Source: a virus
IMG/VR virus record: IMGVR_UViG_3300017560_000010
Direction: 5' to 3' (one strand)
DNA: 64,000 nucleotides
The translations under genes were made by a program, and so were the position numbers. A model generated the notes under the pieces. The model was not told the origin of the DNA and made no database searches. It saw only the letters and a list, made by a program, of their open reading frames with translations. Each line of letters starts with the position of its first letter. Positions within the stretch are counted from its first letter, which is position 1. Shown piece by piece: positions 30,480 to 39,948 of this stretch.

Positions 30480-31184
30480 ATGCCCGCCTTCATCGTAACC
30501 GAACACCATGAAAACACAGGTGGTATCGTCTTCGCTCAGACGATGGAGGAGGCGAAGACCCGTGGTGCTCAGACCGTTCTCGACATGGATCCAGATGAGG
30601 ATGCGATCGTCGTCAGGCGCGCCGAGAACCTCGATATCTATGAGGGAGGGAAGATCCCCGCATCGGTTCTGATCGATGAAGGATGGATCCTCGACTGTGA
30701 CGGCTGCGGCATGAGCCTCTCTTCGGGGAGCCTGGACGATGAGGAAATGCGAAGCGAAGATGTCGTAGGCTTCTACGATCTTGCCATCCATTGCTGTCAT
30801 CATTGCCGTATGGAGGATCTGGCCTCCCGAGCCGGAAAGACGGCGTTCAGCGAGGCCTATTTCGACATGATGGCGGATATGATCCGCAAGCGATGTGGTG
30901 ATGTGGAGATCATCAGGACGGGGGATTTCCGCCCTTCAGCGAATGTCAGGAAGATCGAGGGTGTCATGACCATGATCGAGGCGGAGATCTCCTTCAATTT
31001 CCCAGGCCAGGTTTACGCACCCGCCAGCCTCGAACTGGAACAGCCGAAGACAGGCCATCACATGACACGCCACCCCTCGGAGGTGCAGGGTCCGCCCGCG
31101 ATGCATTACCGCTGCAGGATGGGCGATCTGGACGTGTTTCAGGACTTTCTGGAGAGCCGGGAGGCAAAGAATGGCACAGCATAA
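30480..31184 (+). CDS. Hypothetical protein (Cys/His-containing)
   Basis: 234 aa; CDGCGM and HCCHHC segments. Confidence 0.4.
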   Translation: MPAFIVTEHHENTGGIVFAQTMEEAKTRGAQTVLDMDPDEDAIVVRRAENLDIYEGGKIPASVLIDEGWILDCDGCGMSLSSGSLDDEEMRSEDVVGFYDLAIHCCHHCRMEDLASRAGKTAFSEAYFDMMADMIRKRCGDVEIIRTGDFRPSANVRKIEGVMTMIEAEISFNFPGQVYAPASLELEQPKTGHHMTRHPSEVQGPPAMHYRCRMGDLDVFQDFLESREAKNGTA

Positions 31185-31470
31185 CCTGGCGCAGCGCCTG
31201 CTGCGAAAACCGATCAATTGGCTTGTCGAGACCTTCTTCCCGATGGGAATCTTCTATGGAGACGCCCTGAACCGGCAATTCGCGAACATGACTGCCTATG
31301 ACGGCAAGGCCAGCGGTGAGACCGCGGTTGCCGGATATCTGATCAGCAAGGCCAATGAAATGGGCGCGGAGGATATCGAGATCGAGGTGAAAAACCTGAC
31401 CGTTCGCGGCGTGCCATCTGGCAGTTGGCGGATCAGGATCGAGAAATTCGAGACGGAGGCGGATTCGTGA
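31171..31470 (+). CDS. Small hypothetical protein
   Basis: Overlaps the previous gene by 14 nt. Confidence 0.35.
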   Translation: MAQHNLAQRLLRKPINWLVETFFPMGIFYGDALNRQFANMTAYDGKASGETAVAGYLISKANEMGAEDIEIEVKNLTVRGVPSGSWRIRIEKFETEADS

Positions 31471-31658
31471 CCCGGCACGCAACCAAAAGGCTGAAGGAAC
31501 GCGGCGGCATTCCCAAACGGGCAGCCGAGAAGAGCTTGAGCGAGGTCGTCGAGACGATGATGCCGGGGACGGAAATGGGCGGCCGGCTTCGCCGTTTCGT
31601 CGACCATCTGGGCATGCTGCATCATTCGAAAGCCTATCTGGGGGCGAACGATCTTTGA
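31425..31658 (+). pseudogene. 5' portion of an operon gene interrupted by IS3-family insertion
   Basis: Stop codon TGA is supplied by the first 3 nt of the IS left inverted repeat. The frame continues after the IS (32878..33003) once the CTT duplication is removed. Confidence 0.5.
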
Positions 31659-31673
31659 ATAGCCCCGAGTTTC

Positions 31674-32549
31674 TTAGACGCCTTCACGTCTCATCTTCTG
31701 CTGCCGCTCGAACTCGGCGGGCGACAACATCCCATTCCTCGCATGTTTGCGCTTCGGGTTGTAGAACATCTCGATGTAATCGAACACGTCCTGCCTTGCG
31801 TCTTCGCGGGTCCGGTAGGTTCTGCGCCTGATCCGCTCGCGCTTGAGCAGGTTGAAGAAGCTCTCGGCAACGGCGTTGTCATGGCAGTTGCCGCGGCGGC
31901 TCATCGAATGCTCAAGATTGTGGGCGCGCAGGAACGCAGCCCAATCCATGCTGGTGAACTGACTGCCCTGATCTGAATGGATCAGCACCTTGTTCTTCGG
32001 CTTGCGCCGCCAGACGGCCATGAGCAGGGCCTGCAGGACGACATCTGTCGTCTGTCTGCTTTGCATCGACCAGCCGACCACGCGCCGGGAATACAGGTCG
32101 ATGACCACCGCGAGGTAAGCGAACCCCTCTTGCGTCCGGATGTAGGTGATGTCGGTTACCCAAACCTTGTCCGGAACCTCGACATCAAACTGCCGGTCGA
32201 GGGTGTTGTCGACCACGACCGACGGCTTGCCGCCATAGCTGCCGGGGCGGCGCTTGTAGCCGATCTGTGCCTTGATCCCCGCCAGTTGCGCCAGTCGGGA
32301 AACGCGGTTCGGACAAATGCTTTCGCCCTGTTCGACCAGATCGTCATGCAGCTTGCGGTAGCCGTAGACCTTGCCGCTCTCGGCCCAAGCCTTCTGCAGC
32401 AGTTCGGTCTGGCGCCTGTCTTCCTGCGCCCGCTGGCTCAGCGGTGTCTTCAGCCACGCGTAGAACCCGCTCGGCTGGATACGCAGGCACCGGCACATCG
32501 CCCGCACCGAAAACTGACCCCGATGCTCGGCTACGAACGCGTATCTCAC
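31674..32549 (-). CDS. IS3-family transposase OrfB (DDE integrase core)
   Basis: WVTDITYI, LAVVIDLYSRRVVGW, HSDQGSQFTS, and NAVAESFF motifs. Confidence 0.85.
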   Translation of the reverse strand: MRYAFVAEHRGQFSVRAMCRCLRIQPSGFYAWLKTPLSQRAQEDRRQTELLQKAWAESGKVYGYRKLHDDLVEQGESICPNRVSRLAQLAGIKAQIGYKRRPGSYGGKPSVVVDNTLDRQFDVEVPDKVWVTDITYIRTQEGFAYLAVVIDLYSRRVVGWSMQSRQTTDVVLQALLMAVWRRKPKNKVLIHSDQGSQFTSMDWAAFLRAHNLEHSMSRRGNCHDNAVAESFFNLLKRERIRRRTYRTREDARQDVFDYIEMFYNPKRKHARNGMLSPAEFERQQKMRREGV

Positions 32550-32818
32550 TTTGCATCCCTGGCGAAATACGCGGTGGCCTTTTTTAGGATGTCGCGCTCC
32601 TCCGACACCCGGACCAGCTCACGCTTCAGCCGACGGATCTCGGCATCCTTCTCCGTGTCACCCGACACCGCCTTCGCGAACTTGCGCTTCCAGGCATAGA
32701 GCGAGTGCGTGCTCACACCCAGCCGTGCCGAAACTTCCTTTGCCGGATAACCCCGTTCCGTGATCTGCGCGACAGCATCGCGCTTGAAGTCGTCAGTGAA
32801 ATTGCCCGTGCCCATCAT
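32546..32818 (-). CDS. IS3-family transposase OrfA (HTH)
   Basis: Typical OrfA with leucine-zipper-like C-terminus. Overlaps orfB in the -1 frame (programmed frameshift arrangement). Confidence 0.8.
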   Translation of the reverse strand: MMGTGNFTDDFKRDAVAQITERGYPAKEVSARLGVSTHSLYAWKRKFAKAVSGDTEKDAEIRRLKRELVRVSEERDILKKATAYFARDAK

Positions 32819-33002
32819 GGCCTCCTTGCCTCAAAGTTAGCGAAGAAGGCGTCCACGAAACATGGGGCTATTCACTTCTCTATGCGGTGAAGGGAGATGC
32901 TATCGTCACCGTCCTGACCGTCCCGCAGGAACACAGAGCCCAGGCGCGTATCCAGTTGGCGAAATGGAAGGCGATGCAAAGCTTGAATAAAGAGGCAACG
33001 TA

Positions 33003-33260
33003 ATGCCGCTGATGCACAAGGGCCTCGAAGCGGATCTGGAGAAGGCCAAGGATGGCCGCTGGATCATGCTGCTTTCCGATGGCTCCGATTCCGGAGCATT
33101 TGGCGCTCCAGCAGCTATCGCGCGCTGGTCGGATGGCATCATGCCTGGAGGAGCCTGGATCAACGATGGCGGATTCGTTCGCATCTGTCCCGTCGGCTTC
33201 GTCGAACTGTCGGACCTTGGCCTTGTTAACGATGGTCTCTTTCGAGACCATCAGCCGTGA
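33003..33260 (+). CDS. Small hypothetical protein (operon continues after the IS)
   Basis: TAATG overlap with the reconstructed upstream frame. Confidence 0.35.
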   Translation: MPLMHKGLEADLEKAKDGRWIMLLSDGSDSGAFGAPAAIARWSDGIMPGGAWINDGGFVRICPVGFVELSDLGLVNDGLFRDHQP

Positions 33261-33315
33261 ACGTTTTTCCTCTCTTCCAGATATATCCGTCAGGCATGCT
33301 GAACGGGACCGTGAG

Positions 33316-33831
33316 ATGAACGACGCTGTGGATGTTTCTGGAAATGCCGCTTTCCAACTATTGCCGATCGCGAGCCATGAACGCCTCGCGGAGTTGATCA
33401 TGGAGGAGGCCGAGCCCTTTCCGATCGACAGAGTGCTGGACATGGGCTACATCCTCCATCCCGACGAGATCGATGAATTCGACTGGTGTATTGTCGACTT
33501 CCCGATTACCGAGATATTCCCGCCGGAACGGATCGACGACCGCATTCGTCTCGACGGTGAGACGGCAACGGAAGCTTCCATGCGCTGGAGATCTGTCCGC
33601 AAATGGATGACGAAGTCAGGCGGGGCCGAGGTCGCGATCCAGCAGAGCCCGATCATCGTCAAGCTCGAGGGTGGTAAGGTGGTTCCTCTTGACGGCTGGC
33701 ATCGATGCGTCGTTGCCGCGCTAGATTACGGGCTGACCCATGTGCGGACCGCGGTTGGCTACGACCGCGAATTCGGAAATCGCATCCGCGCGGAGCTGGT
33801 CGGTGAGCCGGCCGATGATCTCGTCCCCTGA
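33316..33831 (+). CDS. ParB-like nuclease domain protein
   Basis: PLDGWHRCVVAAL matches the ParB/Srx DGxHR motif. Confidence 0.5.
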   Translation: MNDAVDVSGNAAFQLLPIASHERLAELIMEEAEPFPIDRVLDMGYILHPDEIDEFDWCIVDFPITEIFPPERIDDRIRLDGETATEASMRWRSVRKWMTKSGGAEVAIQQSPIIVKLEGGKVVPLDGWHRCVVAALDYGLTHVRTAVGYDREFGNRIRAELVGEPADDLVP

Positions 33832-33853
33832 TCGGGGATCGGCTGGCAATGTC

Positions 33854-34366
33854 TCATGGCGACGGATCATCATCTCCTATCCAGGCATCCATGACCGCGC
33901 CCTCGTGTATGCGAACGTCGGTTCTCCCTGCCTTACGCAGCACTTGCGCGACGGAATTTACACAACCGAGCGCACCTGGCTCGTCAACGCAAGCCCAGGC
34001 ACCAGTCACTGTGATTTCTGCATTCTCCGGCAGCCACTCGTGAAGGGCTCGGGCGGCATCCGTCTGATGTTCGAAGATATCTTTTTCGGGCCAGAACTTG
34101 TCCGACGGTACGCTGCCATCGTCGCACCCCCAGAGGTTCCAGGCGATCTGTCCAGCCGCTGATTTGGCTTTCATCAGATCATCGACCCAGGAGCGGTCGC
34201 CGCGCGACATGTGCTCGCTCAGGAACCCATGGATCACGATCAATCCATCAGATATATCGATGAGATCTTCCATCGCATCGATCGCCGGATCGAGAAGGCT
34301 GGCGGACACCTGGTCGGCAGCGGACACAAAGACCGAACCAGGATGCACGAGGATAACGATTTTCAT
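33854..34366 (-). CDS. Hypothetical protein, possibly isochorismatase-like hydrolase fold
   Basis: MKIVILVHPG ... ITVTGAWACVDEPGALGCV; weak resemblance only. Confidence 0.3.
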   Translation of the reverse strand: MKIVILVHPGSVFVSAADQVSASLLDPAIDAMEDLIDISDGLIVIHGFLSEHMSRGDRSWVDDLMKAKSAAGQIAWNLWGCDDGSVPSDKFWPEKDIFEHQTDAARALHEWLPENAEITVTGAWACVDEPGALGCVNSVAQVLRKAGRTDVRIHEGAVMDAWIGDDDPSP

Positions 34367-34412
34367 GGGCACTTCCTTTTCAACATGACAATCCATTTTC
34401 GCACGACCGTCC

Positions 34413-34865
34413 TTACATCACCATGTCGGGCTGGCCGGCGATGTGATGCAGTCCGGATTCCAATGACATTCTTATTTTTTCACCGACTTTCCTGCTTACT
34501 TCCGTGAAATCCCCACAGATGACGGGCCGGACCTTTTCCGGGAACGTTTCGTCGACTTGACCGGCGGACATGTATCCGCTCAGAACAATCTCTCCCACGA
34601 TACCGGCCAGGCATGTGGCCAGTCCCCTGCCCCGGTGCCGGCAATCCGTATAGCAGCTCTCGACAGTCACCTCGACAGCGGATCGAAAAACACAAACCGT
34701 CATGCTGATCTGCGAGATGACTTGTCCCCGCTCCAAGATGGCGAGGGTGAACATTTCGCCATCCGGATACGGCACGACGCCATAGGATGGAGATATCCTG
34801 TCTTCCGGGAAACGATGCATGTCATCGATCATCTCGACCAGTTCGGGATATTCGTCGTCGTTCAT
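34413..34865 (-). CDS. GNAT-like acetyltransferase (paralog 1)
   Basis: CRHRGRGLATCL motif-A-like segment. Shares blocks with the next gene. Confidence 0.4.
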   Translation of the reverse strand: MNDDEYPELVEMIDDMHRFPEDRISPSYGVVPYPDGEMFTLAILERGQVISQISMTVCVFRSAVEVTVESCYTDCRHRGRGLATCLAGIVGEIVLSGYMSAGQVDETFPEKVRPVICGDFTEVSRKVGEKIRMSLESGLHHIAGQPDMVM

Positions 34866-34960
34866 TCGAACAACGCCTACGCCAATTGGAATTTTCGCAT
34901 ATGCATCATGTGCCGCCCTTATGCCCCTGCGAAAGGCAGGCCCGATCTGGAGTATCATGA

Positions 34961-35494
34961 TTAGATCTCCGGTCCGGCAGCATCCAGGCGCCTGAGCGCC
35001 TCTTCAAAGTGCTGGGCGAGCCGCAGGGCGAAGTATTCGCCGGCATCGTTGAAATCGCCCCATACCTCTTGGGCGAGAAGCCATGTCGCATCCTCCTCAT
35101 CGGGAAGATCCCGCACCGCTCTTGAGAAGATCCCGACGCAGGCCTCCACGAGCTTCTCGCTGTGTTCCTTGCCGCGATACCGGAAATCCACCGCGACGCC
35201 TTCAATGCACAGGCCAAACCTGTCGAGGGTAAGGGAAAGCTGCCCGATGACCTTCGCGTCTTTGGTGAGGAGAAGTGTGAATCCAGTATGGCTTGGAACA
35301 GGCGCAATCCCCCATCCGGGGTGGTTGAGCGTGTCGTGATCCGCAAGTTCGATTGCATTGGCCTCGAAAACGAGTCCACCGTTGATCGCCTCGTCCGCGA
35401 TGACCACGTCGAAGCCTTCCCCGGGGTCACGTGAAAGCGCCGCGATCTCGCGCAGAAGCGACTGTCGCACGGATTGCGAAAGATCGAGGGGCAT
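34961..35494 (-). CDS. GNAT-like acetyltransferase (paralog 2)
   Basis: FRYRGKEHSEKLVEA. Paralogous blocks PxxxGFTLL...VIGQLSLT with 34413..34865. Confidence 0.4.
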   Translation of the reverse strand: MPLDLSQSVRQSLLREIAALSRDPGEGFDVVIADEAINGGLVFEANAIELADHDTLNHPGWGIAPVPSHTGFTLLLTKDAKVIGQLSLTLDRFGLCIEGVAVDFRYRGKEHSEKLVEACVGIFSRAVRDLPDEEDATWLLAQEVWGDFNDAGEYFALRLAQHFEEALRRLDAAGPEI

Positions 35495-35636
35495 GACGGG
35501 TTCCTTGATTTACGTTTTCGCATAATAACGTATCCCGCCCCACCGAAATCCAAAAGTTCGGTGTCCGGGCAATCTGAACGCACGGTTTTTTCACAGGAGG
35601 AAGCTATTCTCCCGGTAACAGAACAGGAGCGGATTC

Positions 35637-37382
35637 ATGGAGAAGATCACCGATTTCGGCGAGCATATCCCGGGAGCAGCCAAGGAAAAACGGGCAGCAT
35701 GGCTGCACAAGGCCTCCCTTTATGTCGGCGAGCAGATCGCCAGGGAACCATTTGCGAAAACTTTCCCTGAACCGAATTGGACCGGACTTCTGGCCGATGG
35801 CATGGATCCATGGCTGGTGAGTTTCGCCAGGGCCCTGCGTGACTCGATCGATACCAAGCCCAAGCGGTTGCACCATCTTGCCATGTGGGCCAGGACGGTG
35901 GAGTCGATCCGCAATATCACGATCGACATGTTCTCCGGAAAAATCGAGAAGGAAACCTGCCAGTCCATCCTCGACCGCCCCTCGAATGCCGGCCTGAAGC
36001 AGAAGATCGACTGCAAGATCGAACTCTATGAGATGACCGGCCACAGCCGTTCCCTCAAGGACATCACCATCGGTAAGGTCGGGAAGAACTATGAGGATGG
36101 CGTCCGCCTCCCTGAAACCAGGTTCCTGTGGAACGCATATACAGGCTCTGCCAGATCGATGGCGCTCATTGCGTCAGAACCTTCCAGGGATGCGTTGCTC
36201 CACGCTCTGGCAGAGAAGTTCCGCGCCGATCCGGACGCACAGGCAGAGACAAGGAAGAAGGGGACGAAGTTCGATCTCTACTGGAAGAGCAAATATCGCA
36301 CCGGGCCTGCCATGATTGCCAAGAAAGTCGGAACCCGGGTCATCGAGATCAAGGGCTTCGAGAACATGACGGATGCGAAAGCCTATCTGAAGGAGCATCA
36401 GGACGCGGTCGAGGATCTCTGGGAACGGATGAAAACGGTTCCGGCCGAACGTCGTGGCGAGAACCGCGACCGGGTCGGGCCGGATCATCGTGAGGGCAGG
36501 AATGTCAGCCCTGACATGTTCATGGAAACCTTCGGCTTCCGCGGCGTTCAGTTCGGCAATTACGTCGAGGGCCCACGGCGCCAGGAAGATCTCAACGACT
36601 GCTATGACGCCTTCATCGACCTGGCGGAGATCCTCGGGGTCGAACCGCGAGCCCTTTCGCTCAACGGAGAGCTGGGGATGGCCTTCGGCGCCAGGGGAAC
36701 CGGCGGCATCAATGCAGCGAAAGCACATTATGAGCCCGGCCATGTTGTTATCAACCTGACCAAGAACAAGGGAGCCGGATCGCTCGCGCATGAATGGTGG
36801 CATGGGCTCGCCAATGCCGTCTCGCGCTGGATGGGAGACCGGATGGGGGATGCGAGCGCGCAGCGCAAGCGCGGCAATCCAGAGCACGAGCCGGCGGCCG
36901 AAGCCCTCTTCAACGTCATCAAGGCGATTGGAGCCACGCAACTCCCGATGAGGTCTTCTCTTCTCGACCGGACACGCAGCGCCCCATATTTCTCGCTGGC
37001 TCTCGAAATGACGGCCAGGTCTTTCGAAACCTGGGTGATCGACAGGCTGGAAGCCAATGGACGCTCGAACGACTACCTTGCGAATATCGTCGATGAGCAG
37101 GTCTTCGCGGCGGAATCGGCCCTTCTCGGGCGGGATGGAGACCAGTATCCCTACCCGAAGGGCGATGAAATCCAGATCGTCGGCCGGGCCTTCGATGCCG
37201 TCTTCGCAGTGCCGGACCTGTTTCCGCTTGCCGAGGTGAAGGCCCTGCCCACACCGGTTCCCGCAATTGCGGCTGCAACCGACCCGGAAGCCGCGGAAGT
37301 TGCCCGGATTGCAGATATTCCGGCGCCTCTGGACGGGACGGACCCGCGGGACATCGATGTGAATGATATCTCCTGGGTCTGA
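35637..37382 (+). CDS. Large hypothetical protein with zincin-like HExxH motif (possible polyvalent-protein-type metallopeptidase)
   Basis: LAHEWWHGLANAV contains HExxH. 581 aa with no TM segments. Confidence 0.4.
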   Translation: MEKITDFGEHIPGAAKEKRAAWLHKASLYVGEQIAREPFAKTFPEPNWTGLLADGMDPWLVSFARALRDSIDTKPKRLHHLAMWARTVESIRNITIDMFSGKIEKETCQSILDRPSNAGLKQKIDCKIELYEMTGHSRSLKDITIGKVGKNYEDGVRLPETRFLWNAYTGSARSMALIASEPSRDALLHALAEKFRADPDAQAETRKKGTKFDLYWKSKYRTGPAMIAKKVGTRVIEIKGFENMTDAKAYLKEHQDAVEDLWERMKTVPAERRGENRDRVGPDHREGRNVSPDMFMETFGFRGVQFGNYVEGPRRQEDLNDCYDAFIDLAEILGVEPRALSLNGELGMAFGARGTGGINAAKAHYEPGHVVINLTKNKGAGSLAHEWWHGLANAVSRWMGDRMGDASAQRKRGNPEHEPAAEALFNVIKAIGATQLPMRSSLLDRTRSAPYFSLALEMTARSFETWVIDRLEANGRSNDYLANIVDEQVFAAESALLGRDGDQYPYPKGDEIQIVGRAFDAVFAVPDLFPLAEVKALPTPVPAIAAATDPEAAEVARIADIPAPLDGTDPRDIDVNDISWV

Positions 37383-37451
37383 CCCGGGAGGAGCCTCCAT
37401 TTTCTGAGGGAGATCCTATTCTCCTGCCATGCCTGAAGAGAAAGAGAAACC

Positions 37452-37805
37452 ATGACAAAACCCGTTCTCGACTATAAATCTCGCGACGCCCTCCTGCGCC
37501 CGCTCATTGAAGAGCTTGCGCGCATCAAGGATACTGTCGGAAACCCCGAGGATCTGATTCAGGATTTCCAGACCGCGGTAGGTGCCGAATTCACCGAATC
37601 CTATGAGGTTTTCTACACCGCCAATATCTCAGAGGTGCGCTCGCAGTTTCCTGATGCGTGCGAAGGGAAGACGGACGAAGAGGTTCGAACGGCCCTTCGG
37701 GAATCCTCATCGGATATGCCGACGGAGATCGTGTGCGAGATTGTTCATGATGCGATTCTGCTTGCCCTCGAACCGGAACCGGATGCCGATATCGAAGGTC
37801 CGTGA
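37452..37805 (+). CDS. Small acidic hypothetical protein
   Basis: 117 aa. Confidence 0.4.
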   Translation: MTKPVLDYKSRDALLRPLIEELARIKDTVGNPEDLIQDFQTAVGAEFTESYEVFYTANISEVRSQFPDACEGKTDEEVRTALRESSSDMPTEIVCEIVHDAILLALEPEPDADIEGP

Positions 37806-38464
37806 TGTTGCCCGAGATCCGCGAGAAATATGCCCGCCAGGCTCTTGAAGCCATACGGGCGACCACCGTGTTTCGCGGGCAATGGTGCGGCGCCGATGGC
37901 ATACGCACCAATCTGCCCACGATCTCCTTCGGCACGAGGGAGACGGCGGCGCTCTATGCGAGTCAGCCCAACGATCGATCACTCGCCGCCGGCAGGATCT
38001 TGCATCCCCGGATCTGGGAGGTTCGTCTCGCGGTGCAGAAACCATATGTTCTGATCGAACAGGATGACGAAGACCCGTTCTTCGATCTCGATGTCATCGC
38101 TCTGGAATTTGGCCGGGACGTGCTGAGGGCTGTTGCAAGAGATTGCAGCGCCGCTATCCAGGACACCGGTGGCTATGATGAGATCCATCGGGAAACCGGC
38201 ATGTATCTCGGCGAGATGATCGAGGCCTGGCCGGAACGCCTCGACCGATTGCCGCCGGTTCTCGGGTTCCGGGCACTGGAGGTGCCTGAATTCGTCCAGG
38301 CGCTGAAGGATGCCGGCTACGATTCCGTCTGCCTGGGCGGCTTTGGGGAAAACAGCCTGGAGCATGAGTGGCATCTCTTTGACGCGGATCTGGCTGTCGA
38401 TGTGGAAACGGGAGAGCCTGTCGGCTGGGCCTGCCAGGAGGAAGAGGCAAGCCTGTCGATGTGA
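37802..38464 (+). CDS. Hypothetical protein
   Basis: ATGA overlap with the previous gene. Confidence 0.4.
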   Translation: MMLPEIREKYARQALEAIRATTVFRGQWCGADGIRTNLPTISFGTRETAALYASQPNDRSLAAGRILHPRIWEVRLAVQKPYVLIEQDDEDPFFDLDVIALEFGRDVLRAVARDCSAAIQDTGGYDEIHRETGMYLGEMIEAWPERLDRLPPVLGFRALEVPEFVQALKDAGYDSVCLGGFGENSLEHEWHLFDADLAVDVETGEPVGWACQEEEASLSM

Positions 38465-38509
38465 TCAGCAAGACTTGCGAAAACGGCATGGGATGGTAGA
38501 CTTCCGGCC

Positions 38510-38791
38510 ATGAACAGCACGGCCCCGGAAAAACCAGACTATGGCGCGCCATGCAATGGTTGCGGTGCTTGTTGCAAAGCCATTCCCTGCATTCTGGCGC
38601 GCGACCTCATCCACGCCGTCGAAGGCCCCTGTCCCGCACTGGAATGGGATGAGGGCCGCTATTGGTGTGGATTGCTTCGCAATGCTCATGCCCATATCCC
38701 CGGCATGCGGGAGAAGCCGTGGATCGACCCAATCATCCGGAACGCATTGCTCGAGACGGGAGCATTCGGCGCAGGCTGTGATTCATCCTGA
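38510..38791 (+). CDS. CxxCxxCC putative zinc/iron-chelating domain protein (YkgJ-like)
   Basis: CNGCGACCKAIPC signature. Confidence 0.45.
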   Translation: MNSTAPEKPDYGAPCNGCGACCKAIPCILARDLIHAVEGPCPALEWDEGRYWCGLLRNAHAHIPGMREKPWIDPIIRNALLETGAFGAGCDSS

Positions 38792-38797
38792 ACGGGA

Positions 38798-39007
38798 TCA
38801 CATCGATCCGAGTGATGGAATGCCGCTACCGCCGATCGTTGCACGGTCCGGCGGTGCCTGCATTTCCGGCGGCATGTATCCCTGAACGAAGTTCGCTCCG
38901 ATGTAGATATCCTGGCCGACGCCCGATACGGTATTGCAACCTGCGAGCGCAGTCATGGTGGCGATCAGCATGATTGAACCAAGTCGCGACATGATCATTT
39001 GCCGCAC
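38798..39007 (-). CDS. Entericidin-like small lipoprotein
   Basis: LAGCNTVSGVGQDIYIGANF matches the entericidin EcnA/B lipobox plus core. Confidence 0.45.
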   Translation of the reverse strand: MRQMIMSRLGSIMLIATMTALAGCNTVSGVGQDIYIGANFVQGYMPPEMQAPPDRATIGGSGIPSLGSM

Positions 39008-39801
39008 CCGAAAAATCGCAGCCGATTGCCGTGAATTTCGGCACCGCCAAGGCGATCGATCACCCCGCTACCGAAATCGAGATTGAGGCGGCGATGTGAT
39101 ACCAGATCCCCATAGCTGGCCTGGAATGCCTGTGGCCAGTTCTCGACAAGGACGGGCTGATGTCCATGGACGACCGCTTCGGCATTGAAGCGTTCCCAAC
39201 CATCTGCCCATTCGCTGAAGCTGTCGAAGATCCAGGCCCAGTGGGTCTTCCTGTCACCCTCGTCGAACTTCATGGACAGGTAGGCTTCGGGATCTTCGAC
39301 ATGAGGGTCGACACCTGCATGAACGAGAAGAAATCCACCTCGCACCAGATGTCCCGGCCCGCTGCGAATCTCGCGCAGGAAGCCTTCAGGAATGGCATCG
39401 ACAAGCATCGACCTGATCCGACGGAAACCGCGCGCATCCTCGAGCCCATCGATCTCCTGGATCATGGTTGCTCCACCGATATTGAGCCAGGCATCGTAAG
39501 CCTGATCATCTCCGTCGAGGAAGCGAAGAAGCTCGATCTCGTGATTACCAGGAAGAATGTCGGTCTTCATGCCAGGAAGACCGGTCATGACCAGTCCGAT
39601 CGACCGAAGATTTTCATGGCCGCGGTCGATGATATCGCCCAGAAAGACCAGTTCCTGTTCACCGAGCTGCGGCTGGCGGCCGGACCAATCGAGAGCCTCC
39701 TCCAAAAGGTGGGCATTTCCATGCACATCGCCGATCACGAAGAGATGCTCTTCAACCTCGAGTCCGTGGGGCAAGGGAATCCAATCTGTGGAAACGGGCA
39801 T
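38995..39801 (-). CDS. Ser/Thr-phosphatase-type metallophosphoesterase (PPP/ApaH-like)
   Basis: GDVHGN, GDIIDRG, and GNHE motifs. Confidence 0.7.
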   Translation of the reverse strand: MPVSTDWIPLPHGLEVEEHLFVIGDVHGNAHLLEEALDWSGRQPQLGEQELVFLGDIIDRGHENLRSIGLVMTGLPGMKTDILPGNHEIELLRFLDGDDQAYDAWLNIGGATMIQEIDGLEDARGFRRIRSMLVDAIPEGFLREIRSGPGHLVRGGFLLVHAGVDPHVEDPEAYLSMKFDEGDRKTHWAWIFDSFSEWADGWERFNAEAVVHGHQPVLVENWPQAFQASYGDLVSHRRLNLDFGSGVIDRLGGAEIHGNRLRFFGCGK

Positions 39802-39948
39802 TGCGATGACATCCTTTTTTTCGCATTCTATTAATCTGTTCCCGCAGGAGCAAGGGATGTGGTGCCTGGGATATTTCCCGGGCTCTTTTTTCGTCTTGAA
39901 TGGCTATCTTTGAGGGAACGGAATTTACATCATTCGAGGTTCAGGCTC

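Larger units (their letters stand above)
31656..32874 (-). mobile_element. IS3-family insertion sequence (orfA + orfB) with 3-bp target-site duplication
   Basis: Terminal inverted repeats TGAATAGCCCCGAGTTTC / GAAACATGGGGCTATTCA, flanked by CTT direct repeats (31653-31655 and 32875-32877). Confidence 0.85.
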
